Shown: positions 40,879 through 50,404 of the stretch, piece by piece
How positions within the stretch are numbered: the first letter of the stretch is position 1
Layout: the number at the start of each line of letters is the position of its first letter
Assembly (NCBI GenBank): GCA_963677595.1
Contig: OY782041.1
Span: 2,848,001 to 2,912,000, forward strand
Source of the DNA: Spirochaetia bacterium
Lineage (GTDB): Bacteria; Spirochaetota; Spirochaetia; CAKZLE01
Length of the DNA: 64,000 bases
Direction of reading: 5' to 3'
Made by a program: the position numbers and the translations under genes
Notes under the pieces: model-generated
Told to the model about the DNA's origin: nothing
What the model saw: the letters and a program-made list of their open reading frames with translations, nothing else
Databases searched by the model: none

Positions 40879-42744
40879 CCAATCCTGTCGGCACCCATCA
40901 GAGCAGAAGATCTTCTTTCTATAGCCTGGGGTATGCACAAGAGGCTTCCCGCATGTTTTGCAATACCCCGATTCTCCTTGTTGGGAAGTTGTGTTCTGGT
41001 CTGATGTCCTGGATAAACAATACGATCGAACCTGCCCCTGCGTGAGGTTCATGCGGGATGCGATCTTGTTATACGATATGCCTTCTCTGCGGAATTCAGC
41101 GATTTTCTTTTTCTGGCGAACGGTGAGGGCAGGGAGTTTCTTTTCTATTGCAGCCTTATCCACTGTGATAATTGAACCATCACAGAAATGGAATCGCACA
41201 TCATGTGGAGAGTAGACCGTGATAAAATCCAGTAATGCATTCCAAAGATCAGAGTTGAATGTGGTTATGGGTTCCTTAGAATTCTGCAACTCATCATAAA
41301 ACTGGGTGGCTACATGTTTCTTCTCTACCTTATCTGCAATAGCTTTTTCTAACTTTTGAAGTCGTTTGGAATCTTTCTTGAATCGTTGCTGGAGAACCTG
41401 ATACTCTCCCTCAGATGCTGTGGGTGTTTCAGACTCTTCTGATTCTGCTGCTTCTCGGGCCGCCATGGTTTGCATCAACTCTGTTGTGACAGCTAGGTCT
41501 ACTTGCATTTGATCACGTTCTCTTTCAAGAGCAGATGTATCGAATAGCAGTTCATAGGTGAGTTTCTGGGTTTCGAGAATCGTTGGGGCGCTCTTGAGAA
41601 CTCGGTTCACGGCGATCACGAACATGCTCATGATATCCCGTTCAGTTACGTTCCCTGAAGTGCATGGTGCATGGGATGCATCGTACTTGCCATTACATTG
41701 CCAGAGGATCTTCTGACTGCCGGTATGTGGATGCCAGGTTTTCTTCCCAAACCATGAACCGCATTGACCGCATTTTACTTTCCCCGATAGCAGTCGTTCA
41801 CGATTATGTCGTCCTATCAATCCTTTCCGTCGTTCGAGTTCTGATTGGACGAGTTCGTATATGTCCTTGCTGATAATCGGCGTATGATTTTTCTCTACAT
41901 AGTATTGCGGGACTTCCCCTTCGTTATCTTTCAACTTATGGGTGAGAAAATCCACCGTGAACTTCTTCTGCAGCAGTGCATCGCCAATATATTTTTCATT
42001 CTGGAGAATTCGGGTAACACAGCCATCGTTCCAGGTTGTTTTCTTCCCCGGGGTAGGGATTCCCTGTTCGGTGAGTTTCACTGCAATCGAGGAAGGTGCG
42101 ATACCTTGGAGAAACAGGGAGTAGATAAGCCTCACCGTCTCAGCTTGTTCTTCATTGATCACGAACTCTCCGTTCGGTCCTCGATCGTATCCAAGGAATT
42201 GACCATATGCGACACTGACCTTACCGGCTTTTGCAAGTTTCCGCTTACTCCAGGTGACGTTCTCTGAAATCGATCGGCTTTCTTCCTGAGCGATAGAGCT
42301 CATGATCGTGATCAGCAGTTCTCCCTTTCCATCGAATGTCCAAATATTTTCCTTCTCGAAGAAACACTCAACGTGGTTCTTTTTCAGTTTTCGGATGGTG
42401 GTAAGGCTGTCTACCGTGTTTCTAGCAAATCTACTAACTGACTTCGTGACGATCAGGTCAATCTTACCGGCTAGGGCATCCGCTACCATCTGTTTGAAGC
42501 CCTCTCGATGGGTTGTAGTGGTGCCGCTGATCCCTTCATCAGTATAGACCTGTACGAATTCCCAATCTTGACGGCTCTTGATGTAGTGTGTGTAGTAGTC
42601 AATCTGTGCCTTATAACTCGAGAGCTGTTCATCATGATCAGTTGATACCCGGGCGTATCCGGCAACACGTCGTATATGGGTTCTCCTCCCGGTATCCCTC
42701 GCATTGATGTTTTTGGTTGCTGGTATGGTTCTAATGGTTGGCAT
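40879..42744 (-). pseudogene. Large serine recombinase B with C-terminal HTH and Zn fingers, interrupted near its 3' end
   Basis: VAGYARVST, DEGISG, KSVSRFARN, AQEESRSISEN, Zn ribbon CGQC, coiled coil, then HTH (GISYNKIASRMNLTQGQVRSYC) and CKTC...FCSDGC. Confidence 0.9.
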
Positions 42745-43734
42745 GAGGTTTCTCCTTGGCTTGGTGTGTACTTGCGGCTATTCGAGCTCGATGCTTTGCA
42801 TCCCAGAACTGGGTATGAGTTCGTCCATTCGTGAAATGGAAGGTAAAGGTCCCATCACCGCTTCCGGTGATATGATCCACTTCTCTCGTGAAGGCATCTT
42901 CGTTAAACGCTTCATGTTTCATCTCGAAGGCTGAGAGCTGTTTTAATTGCTCTTCGTTGATCCCGATGCTCCTACAGCCCGTTGGTCCATATTTTTTGTT
43001 TGATGCACATCGCCAGTTTGCATTGGTGGGTGTCTTGTAAATCCTGATATACTTCCTGCCGCATTTCTCGCAGCTGATCTTCCCGGTAAAACACCGTTTG
43101 ACCATCTTCGGCATGATGAATACGCCGAGCTCTTTTCGTCTCGTTATCTCTGCAGCTACGGCATCAAAGGTCTCTCGACTGACAATCGCCGTATGGGTAT
43201 CTGATATATAGTGCATTGGGAATTCCCCTGTATTCTTTTTGCGCTTATGCTTCATGAAATCCGCACAGTAGGTTTTCTGGAGTAGGGTATCCCCGATATA
43301 TCGTTCATTGTGGAGGATGGTGTGGATTGCGACATCATTGAAGGGTTTTTCGAAGTGATCTACTTCCCGCTTATTCAGATCATCTGAGATCCTTTTCATC
43401 GATTTCCCTTTCAGGTAGTGCTTGAATATGCTTCGTACTACCCGTGCCGGTTTCGGATCTATGACCAGCTTCTTACCATTCCAGCGATATCCATAGACTC
43501 GATGGTTCAAGCTGATTCCCTGCTCATATTTCTTCCTCACTGCCCATCTGAGGTTCTCAGATATACTCCTGCTTTCCTCTTGGGCGAAGGTCCCGAGTAT
43601 GGTGACCATGAGCTCATGAGACAGGGGCATAGACAGCAACTTGAAATGGAGTAGGGTGCGCGTGTTGTGGGAAGTCCTACGATAGATGAGCCCCTTCCTG
43701 GACGTTTATGCGTCTTTTTGCCTCTTTGTTTCAA
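42731..43734 (-). pseudogene. Large serine recombinase A with the catalytic domain largely deleted
   Basis: 5' part MKQRGK...RAPYSI/QVAVYAPVS* joins directly to ELMVTILGTFAQEESRSISEN; recombinase and Zn-ribbon domains remain. Confidence 0.85.
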
Positions 43735-43850
43735 CTGTCATGACAAATACCTCGGATTCTTGAATCAAATCCACCCAAATCATGTTTATAACTTATAGAT
43801 AGATACAAGGAGGCATAAGCCATGAACAATCTGAATTCCATCATTCTCGA
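43647..43850 (+). repeat. 204-bp direct repeat, copy 2 (provides the ssb upstream region, RBS and first codons)
   Basis: Matches 31816-32019. Confidence 0.95.
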
Positions 43851-44226
43851 GGGGAACCTGGTGCGAGACCCAGAGCTCAAGATGACCCAGAGCGGGACCA
43901 ATGTCTGCAGAATGCAGATCGCCACGAACCGGTACTACCGGAAGGGCGAGGAGCAGGTCAAGGAGGTCATGTATCTCTGTGTCGAAGCCTGGGCGAACAC
44001 GGCCCTAATCTGCCAGGAGTACCTGGGCAAGGGGAGCTGGGTGCGTGCCGTGGGGAGGCTCCGACAGGATCGGTGGAAGAACCAGGAGGGACAGAACCGG
44101 GAACGGTATGTCCTGGTCGCCGAGCATGTGGAGTTCCGCTCTCCCCTGAGGAAGCAGGAGGAGGAGGGGACCCCCGAGAGTGTCGCTGCTGAGGCGCAGA
44201 AGGTCCTCTCCCCTGAGAAGGGCTGA
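43822..44226 (+). CDS. ssb: Single-stranded DNA-binding protein (short, no DDDIPF tip)
   Basis: LNSIILEGNLVRDPEL, KGSWVRAVGRLRQDRW OB-fold motifs; RBS AGGAGG. Confidence 0.93.
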   Translation: MNNLNSIILEGNLVRDPELKMTQSGTNVCRMQIATNRYYRKGEEQVKEVMYLCVEAWANTALICQEYLGKGSWVRAVGRLRQDRWKNQEGQNRERYVLVAEHVEFRSPLRKQEEEGTPESVAAEAQKVLSPEKG

Positions 44227-44231
44227 TGAGT

Positions 44232-44264
44232 ATGAGCCCCGCAGGAAAAGCGGGGCTCATCTTT
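44232..44264 (+). terminator. Rho-independent terminator after ssb
   Basis: ATGAGCCCCGC-AGGAAAA-GCGGGGCTCAT followed by CTTT. Confidence 0.65.
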
Positions 44265-44360
44265 GAATCGGACGTGATAGGCACTCTGTGTTCTTTCCTT
44301 TTTTATCGATTAGCACTATATTGTAGGGGAGTGAAGAACGAACAACCATTTGGAGGTACC

Positions 44361-44684
44361 ATGGGTAAGGAAGTGACCATAACGATGGCAAATTTCGAAC
44401 AGGAAGTCCTCAAGTCAGATAAACCTGTTCTCGTAGATTTCTGGGCTGAATGGTGTATGCCGTGCAAGATGCTCGGGCCGGTAGTCGCAGAGATCGCTGA
44501 AACACACGGCGATAAGATCACTGTGGGGAAGGTCGATGTCGATTCCGCAGGCGAGATCGCCAGCCAGTACGGCATCGTGAGCATCCCGACACTGATCCTG
44601 TTCAAGGACGGCGAGCCGGTGAACCAGAGGATCGGGGCAGGCTCCCTGCAGGCGATCGAAGGGTTCATCAAGGATTATATCTAA
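44361..44684 (+). CDS. trxA: Thioredoxin
   Basis: VLVDFWAEWCMPCK and SIPT; RBS GGAGG before ATG 44361. Confidence 0.95.
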   Translation: MGKEVTITMANFEQEVLKSDKPVLVDFWAEWCMPCKMLGPVVAEIAETHGDKITVGKVDVDSAGEIASQYGIVSIPTLILFKDGEPVNQRIGAGSLQAIEGFIKDYI

Positions 44685-44706
44685 GAGGATGTTCTCCTAA
44701 AGACAG

Positions 44707-44741
44707 AAGGGGTGGGTACCGTATGCGGCCCACCCTTTTTT
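44707..44741 (+). terminator. Terminator between trxA and the convergent gene
   Basis: GGGTGGG..CCG-TATG-CGG-CCCACCC followed by a T6 run. Confidence 0.7.
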
Positions 44742-45700
44742 CATTCATACACTTCATCACTGTTCACCTCCCCGAATGTGGAACCCGAGGTCGGTACCGT
44801 ATGCCAGTCAGCTGCTGAATCCGTGTCCTTCGGTACAGAAGCACGGCAGGCGGACCTCGTGGCCGTGGTCTTCGTGGACCGTACCGCTCCCTCCGGCTTG
44901 AGTGATCCCCAGGCCCCTTCCCCTACCAGATACTTCACCTTCTCAAGCATCAAGGTGCTCCCGAAGCCCTGGTACTTCTCATCAGAGTCGCTGAACCGGT
45001 TGGAGTAGACGACTGCATCCATGAGGTTCCCGCTGCAAGAGGTATAGAGGCTCAGGACCCCGTTGTTCCCGGAGAGCCCGACAGGCTCTTCCATGGAGAA
45101 CTGGCGTTCAGCATCGAATGCCTCCGGGGTATCCGTGCAGTGGATGATGAGGTACTCCCCCTTCGTTACCTCCAGGGCGGGGAGGATGCACTTCTGCCGG
45201 AAGTCACCAGCAGTCCCGTCGAAGAGGCAGACTCCTGCGGTGTTCCCGGCAGAGGTGACGTACAGTTCCACCGCGTCAGGATGCCGCTTCGACCCTTTCG
45301 TGGTGAACTCGTTGATGATCATGCCGGGAGGGGAGGGGTTCCACCCGTAGACTGACAGGTACGCCATCGAGGAGTTCCCGGCAGTGTCGCAGATCCTCCC
45401 GGTAAGTTCATATACCCCTCCCGGGATGAGTTCCTCTGCGGTCGTGAGGCGAATCGTCTCATCTGTGACGATGATCCCCTCCAGGGTGATGTCCTCCCCA
45501 AGTGAGAACGTGTCGGCATCGGCTTCTGCGGCTTCGCTGCAGGTGATCGTGATCTCCCGCACTCCAGTGGCTGAACAGCTCAGGATAAGCGGTGGGGTGG
45601 TATCCTGTGAGGATACAGCCTGGTAGGCCGCGATCGGGGTGCAGCCTGAGCAGGCGGCGAAAAGAAACAGGGATGAGATTAAGATGGCAATGGATTTCAT
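44741..45700 (-). CDS. Lipoprotein with Ig-like and lamin-tail-like domains
   Basis: LFAAC lipobox, DTTPP, DTAGNS and IINEF...DAVELY. Confidence 0.7.
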   Translation of the reverse strand: MKSIAILISSLFLFAACSGCTPIAAYQAVSSQDTTPPLILSCSATGVREITITCSEAAEADADTFSLGEDITLEGIIVTDETIRLTTAEELIPGGVYELTGRICDTAGNSSMAYLSVYGWNPSPPGMIINEFTTKGSKRHPDAVELYVTSAGNTAGVCLFDGTAGDFRQKCILPALEVTKGEYLIIHCTDTPEAFDAERQFSMEEPVGLSGNNGVLSLYTSCSGNLMDAVVYSNRFSDSDEKYQGFGSTLMLEKVKYLVGEGAWGSLKPEGAVRSTKTTATRSACRASVPKDTDSAADWHTVPTSGSTFGEVNSDEVYE

Positions 45701-45838
45701 AGGTTCCTCCTATAGGATTTAACCGCATAAAAGGGCGTTTTGATTCAATACCGTTGCAAAAACCTCCATTCCTTGAAATAATGAGCCTTATACAGTGGAA
45801 AGAGAGTAATGAACTATACAGATTGAGGGGGACAATAT

Positions 45839-47662
45839 ATGTGTGGTATCGTAGGATATTGCGGCCCGAGGGCGGTCAGCGACGTGCTGATCGAGGGGCT
45901 GAGAAGACTTGAGTACCGGGGGTATGACTCAGCCGGGATCAGTGTGACTGACGGGAGTGAGTTCACCACCGTGAAGAAGAAGGGCAAGATCAAGGATCTT
46001 GCTCAAGCCATAGAGGAGCCGATCACCGGCCTTGCAGGTATCGGCCATACCCGCTGGGCTACCCATGGAGAGGTGACCGATACCAATGCCCATCCCCATG
46101 TTGACGATACCGGCAAGGTGGTAATCGTCCATAACGGCATCATCGAGAACTACGAGGTGCTCAAGACCCGACTGATGAGCAAAGGCCATGTGTTCGCCAC
46201 CCAGACCGACTCCGAAGTCATCGCCCACCTGATCGCCGACTACTACGACGGAGACCTTGAGAAGGCGCTGCTCGAGGTCCTGCCGATCCTCAAGGGAACC
46301 TATGGGCTTGCCGTCATGCACCGGGATGAGCCGGGAAAGATCGTCGGCGTGAGAAACGGTTCACCGCTGGTCCTCGGGGTAGGAGAGGGAGAGATGTTCC
46401 TCGCATCCGACGTGACCGCGATCCTGCAGTATACGAGGAATGCGATCTACTTCAACGACGGGGACCTCGTTTCCATCACCAAGGACGGCTACAAGACCTT
46501 TGACTTGAACAACAATGAGGTGTCCAAACATATCGAGGAGATCAACTGGGAGATTAACCAGATCGAGAAGGACGGCTTCAGCCACTTCATGGAGAAGGAG
46601 ATCTTCGAGCAGGTCGAGTCGATCAAGCGGGCCTTCACCGGTCGGCTCAACCGTGACTCGGCTACCGGCCACCTAGGCGGGCTCGATATGGAGCCGCGGG
46701 ACCTGCTGCAGGTCCAGCGGGTGAAGATCATCGCTGCCGGTACCTCCTATTACGCCAGCATGATCGGCGCCTACCTCATCGAACGGATCGCGAGGATCCC
46801 CGCTGCCGCGGAGCTCTCCTCCGAGGTGCGGTACAAGAATCCGATCGTGGAGGCAAACACCCTCTATTTCGCCGTCTCCCAGTCGGGAGAGACTGCGGAC
46901 ACCCTCTATGCCATGCGGGAGCTGCAGCGAAAGGGTGCCCGGGTGCTCGGTATCTGCAACGTCGTCGGGTCGACCATCGCACGGGAGTCGAACGGGGGCG
47001 TCTACCTTCACTCAGGCCCTGAGATCGCCGTCGCATCGACCAAGGCATTCACCTCCCAGCTCACCATCTTCTATATCTTTACCCTGATCCTGGCCCGAAT
47101 GCGCCATATGGGAGTGGAGGACGGACTCGATTTCATCAATGCCCTGGAGCAGGTACCTGCAAAGATCTCGGAGATCCTCACGAAGACAGACGAGCTTCGT
47201 GCCCTGGCGATGAAGTACTACCGGAGTGCGAACTTCCTCTTCCTCGGACGGGGGCTCAACTACGCGGTAGCCATGGAGGGGGCCCTGAAGCTGAAGGAGA
47301 TCTCCTACATCCATGCCGAGGGATTCAGTGCCGCGGAGATCAAGCACGGACCGATCGCCCTGATCAACGAGACCACACCAAGCCTCTTCATCGTGCCGAA
47401 CGATGCGCTGCGTGAGAAGGTCATCTCCAACATGAAGGAAGTGAAGGCCCGAAAGGGCAAGCTCATCGCCTTCGCCGTGGAGGGGGATGATGAGGTCGCC
47501 GGCATCGCCGACGACGTCTTCTTCGTACCGAAGGCCCACGAATTGATGTACCCCTTCCTCATGGTCGTCCCTGCCCAGGTATTCGCCTACTACTGTGCCA
47601 TGGATCTCGGAAGGGATGTGGACCAGCCTCGTAACCTGGCCAAGAGCGTCACGGTGGAATAA
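45839..47662 (+). CDS. glmS: Glutamine-fructose-6-phosphate transaminase
   Basis: MCGIVG, LEYRGYDSAG, GHTRWATHG and PRNLAKSVTVE. Confidence 0.98.
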   Translation: MCGIVGYCGPRAVSDVLIEGLRRLEYRGYDSAGISVTDGSEFTTVKKKGKIKDLAQAIEEPITGLAGIGHTRWATHGEVTDTNAHPHVDDTGKVVIVHNGIIENYEVLKTRLMSKGHVFATQTDSEVIAHLIADYYDGDLEKALLEVLPILKGTYGLAVMHRDEPGKIVGVRNGSPLVLGVGEGEMFLASDVTAILQYTRNAIYFNDGDLVSITKDGYKTFDLNNNEVSKHIEEINWEINQIEKDGFSHFMEKEIFEQVESIKRAFTGRLNRDSATGHLGGLDMEPRDLLQVQRVKIIAAGTSYYASMIGAYLIERIARIPAAAELSSEVRYKNPIVEANTLYFAVSQSGETADTLYAMRELQRKGARVLGICNVVGSTIARESNGGVYLHSGPEIAVASTKAFTSQLTIFYIFTLILARMRHMGVEDGLDFINALEQVPAKISEILTKTDELRALAMKYYRSANFLFLGRGLNYAVAMEGALKLKEISYIHAEGFSAAEIKHGPIALINETTPSLFIVPNDALREKVISNMKEVKARKGKLIAFAVEGDDEVAGIADDVFFVPKAHELMYPFLMVVPAQVFAYYCAMDLGRDVDQPRNLAKSVTVE

Positions 47663-47686
47663 TCTTCCTATACTACATAATTCGGA

Positions 47687-47718
47687 GAAACTGATTCCCT
47701 TGAACAGGAATCAGTTTC
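47687..47718. terminator. Perfect 12-bp hairpin after glmS
   Basis: GAAACTGATTCC-N8-GGAATCAGTTTC. Confidence 0.6.
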
Positions 47719-47881
47719 CTCTGGATGATACGTGGATAGATGTCGTAGTGTTGTTCGATGCTTCTGGTGAATCCGTATGACAGTGCTGGTCGTTTGATCC
47801 AGATACCATCCCAGGATCTTAGCAGCGATGGATCAGTTTTCCTTGCCCAGGAAGCGAAGACAAACCGTTTCTATTCTTTCG

Positions 47882-48199
47882 TCACAGGCGCTTTCCTTCC
47901 GTTTTAATAGTCGATTCCATCGTCATTGGCAGCGTTGCGCGGTCCTCGAAGGTTTCTTTGTCATATACAAGTATATCCAGTGGTTTCTTCAATGCTGGAT
48001 ATATCTCTTTGCGTAGTTTTCGGGAGAGTGATCGTAATCGTTCATCAGGTTTTTCAAAGATAAAGCATAGATCAATATCGCTGTCCTCTGTATCAGTGCC
48101 CTTTGAGGTGGATCCGAATAAGAAGATTTCAACCCCGGAATATTCTTCTTTGATCTTTTGTGAGATGTTAGAGATCTTTCTCGTAAGCGCTGGGCTCAT
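47882..48199 (-). CDS. Minimal nucleotidyltransferase (MNT antitoxin-like)
   Basis: IFLFGSTSKG..EDSDIDL and PLDILV. Confidence 0.85.
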   Translation of the reverse strand: MSPALTRKISNISQKIKEEYSGVEIFLFGSTSKGTDTEDSDIDLCFIFEKPDERLRSLSRKLRKEIYPALKKPLDILVYDKETFEDRATLPMTMESTIKTEGKRL

Positions 48200-48451
48200 A
48201 ATGGGCTCCTTGATAATAAGATATCATATCTGGATGATTTTTTGAAATAGTATCGTGCGTGTTTTCTGACCAGCTGCGAAACTCGGGAAGGTCGCCTTGA
48301 TACGGCGTCCTTCTGAGCATCATGGGCATCCTTGGACTGTGATCTCCACCTTTTCCGTGAAAATGATGGCAAGATGGAGTCGGAGGACGTATAATCGAAG
48401 TACCGACTCGCTTCAGCATCACGGGACGTACGGTATAAGGAGGGGTACGCG

Positions 48452-50332
48452 ATGAGACCTGAGGGGGAGCATCTGCAACGGTCCTTGAGGACGAAAGAGG
48501 TATTCTCTATCGCTGCTGGTGCCATGATCAGCACGGGGCTGTTCGTCCTGCCTGCCGTGGTCTACCTCAAGGCAGGACCCTCGATCCTTACCGCCTACCT
48601 GCTGGCTTCGATCTTCATCGTCCCCGCGATGTTCTCGAAGGCAGAGCTGGCAACGGCTATGCCCAAGTCCGGAGGGGTCTACTTCTTCATCAACCGGAGT
48701 TTCGGGGGGCTCTTCGGGACCTTCACCGGTTTCGCCTCCTGGTTCTCCCTCTCCCTGAAGAGCGCGTTCGCCCTCATCGGGATCGGGGTCTTCCTCGAGC
48801 CCCTCGTCCCGGTCTACTCCCCGGACATGATCAAGTACATCGCCCTTGGGTTCATGGTGGTCTTCACCATCCTCAACCTGCTGAGCGTCGAGGCGAGCGG
48901 CAGGGTCCAGTTCATCATGGTCGCGATCCTGCTGGTCATCCTGACGGCCTTCGTCATCTTCGGCCTTCCCCATGTCGATATGCGCCGTTTCCACCCCTAT
49001 GCTGCAGGAGGCTGGGAACAGATCTTCCTCGTCACCGGGATGATCTTCATCTCCTACGGCGGGCTGACGAAGGTCGCCTCCATCGCGGAGGAGGTCCATG
49101 ACCCGACACGGTCCATCCCGCGAGGGATGTTTAGCGCCTTCGTCGTCGTGTCTGTCCTGTATATCCTGAGCATCATCGTCACCGTCGGGGTTCTCCCCGT
49201 CCAGACGATCTCGACGACCCTGACACCGCTCTCCACTGCTGCCCGTACCTTCCTCGGGGCACCGGGGTATATCATCCTGTCGATCGGTGCCATGATGGCT
49301 TTCGTAACCACGGCAAATGCCGGCCTGATGGCTGCATCCCGCAGCCCCCTAGCCATGTCGCGGGACAATATGCTCCCGCCGGTCTTCCGCCGGGTGAGTT
49401 CCCGCTTCAATACCCCCTATGTCTCCATCCTGCTCACCTCCGTCTTTATGTCGGCCTGCATCGTCTTCCTCGATATCGAGAGCCTGGTGAAGGTCGCATC
49501 CACGATGAAGCTCCTCATGTTCTCCCTGGTCAACATCTCCGTCATCCTCATGCGCCAGAGCAGGATCGTCTCCTACCGGCCGACCTTCCGCTCCCCGCTC
49601 TATCCCTACCTGCAGATAGCCGGCAGCCTCATCTACGTCCTGCTGATCCTGCAGATGGGGAGGCTGCCGCTCATCCTCGCGGGAGTCTTTTTCCTCGTAT
49701 CGGTGAGCTGGTATTATCTCTATGTAAGACCCCGGGTGTCACAGAAGTCGGCGTTCATCCACCTAGTCGAGAACCTCACGAACAAGGAGATCGTCGAGAA
49801 CGAGGTGAAGCTCGAGGAGGAGCTCATCGATATCCTCCGTGAGCGGGACCAGATCATCGAGGATCGGTTCGATACGGTCATCAGCCGTTCCCCCGTCATG
49901 GATATGGACCATACCGTCACCAGGGAAGAGTTCTTCACCGAGGTCGCGAAAGTCATAGGTGAGCGTTGGGATATCGACGCGGCGAAGGTCAAGAAGAAGC
50001 TGCAGGAGCGGGAGGAGCAGGCTTCCACCCTGATCTACCCCGGGGTGGCAGTGCCCCACGCGATCCCCCATATCATCATCGAGGGGAAGCACAGCTTCGA
50101 TATCGTGCTGGTGCGCAACAAGTACGGGATCGTCTGGAACGATGAGGGGGAAGTCGTGTATACCGCCTTCTGCCTCGTCGGGAGCAAGGACGAGAGGAAC
50201 TTCCACCTCAAGGCCCTCATGTCGATCGCCCAGGTCCTGCAGGACCCTGAGTTCCATAAGCAGTGGACCCAGGCAAGAACCCCTGATGAGCTGCGGAGTG
50301 TGATCCTCCTGACGAAAAGACGGAGAAATTGA
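48452..50332 (+). CDS. APC-family amino acid permease fused to a C-terminal PTS IIA domain
   Basis: GAMISTGLF, AELATAMPKSGG, AEEVHDP; C-terminal REEQAST..PGVAVPHA. Confidence 0.88.
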   Translation: MRPEGEHLQRSLRTKEVFSIAAGAMISTGLFVLPAVVYLKAGPSILTAYLLASIFIVPAMFSKAELATAMPKSGGVYFFINRSFGGLFGTFTGFASWFSLSLKSAFALIGIGVFLEPLVPVYSPDMIKYIALGFMVVFTILNLLSVEASGRVQFIMVAILLVILTAFVIFGLPHVDMRRFHPYAAGGWEQIFLVTGMIFISYGGLTKVASIAEEVHDPTRSIPRGMFSAFVVVSVLYILSIIVTVGVLPVQTISTTLTPLSTAARTFLGAPGYIILSIGAMMAFVTTANAGLMAASRSPLAMSRDNMLPPVFRRVSSRFNTPYVSILLTSVFMSACIVFLDIESLVKVASTMKLLMFSLVNISVILMRQSRIVSYRPTFRSPLYPYLQIAGSLIYVLLILQMGRLPLILAGVFFLVSVSWYYLYVRPRVSQKSAFIHLVENLTNKEIVENEVKLEEELIDILRERDQIIEDRFDTVISRSPVMDMDHTVTREEFFTEVAKVIGERWDIDAAKVKKKLQEREEQASTLIYPGVAVPHAIPHIIIEGKHSFDIVLVRNKYGIVWNDEGEVVYTAFCLVGSKDERNFHLKALMSIAQVLQDPEFHKQWTQARTPDELRSVILLTKRRRN

Positions 50333-50404
50333 TCCACATCTTCCCACAAAGCCCGTAGTTTGCCGTATACTTGAACTACCAGCACAGATAGGGGAGGATT
50401 TACA

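Larger units (their letters stand above)
32020..43850. mobile_element. Serine-recombinase genomic island integrated in ssb
   Basis: Flanked by the 204-bp repeat; two large serine recombinase genes at the right end; visibly more AT-rich than the backbone. Confidence 0.85.

Noticed and set aside
44226-44360. N-terminal extension of thioredoxin in the ORF track
   Set aside because: It spans the ssb terminator and a promoter-like region; the RBS supports a start at 44361.
45700-45838. glmS ribozyme
   Set aside because: The intergenic region is short, AT-rich and shared with a divergent gene; I see no ribozyme core.
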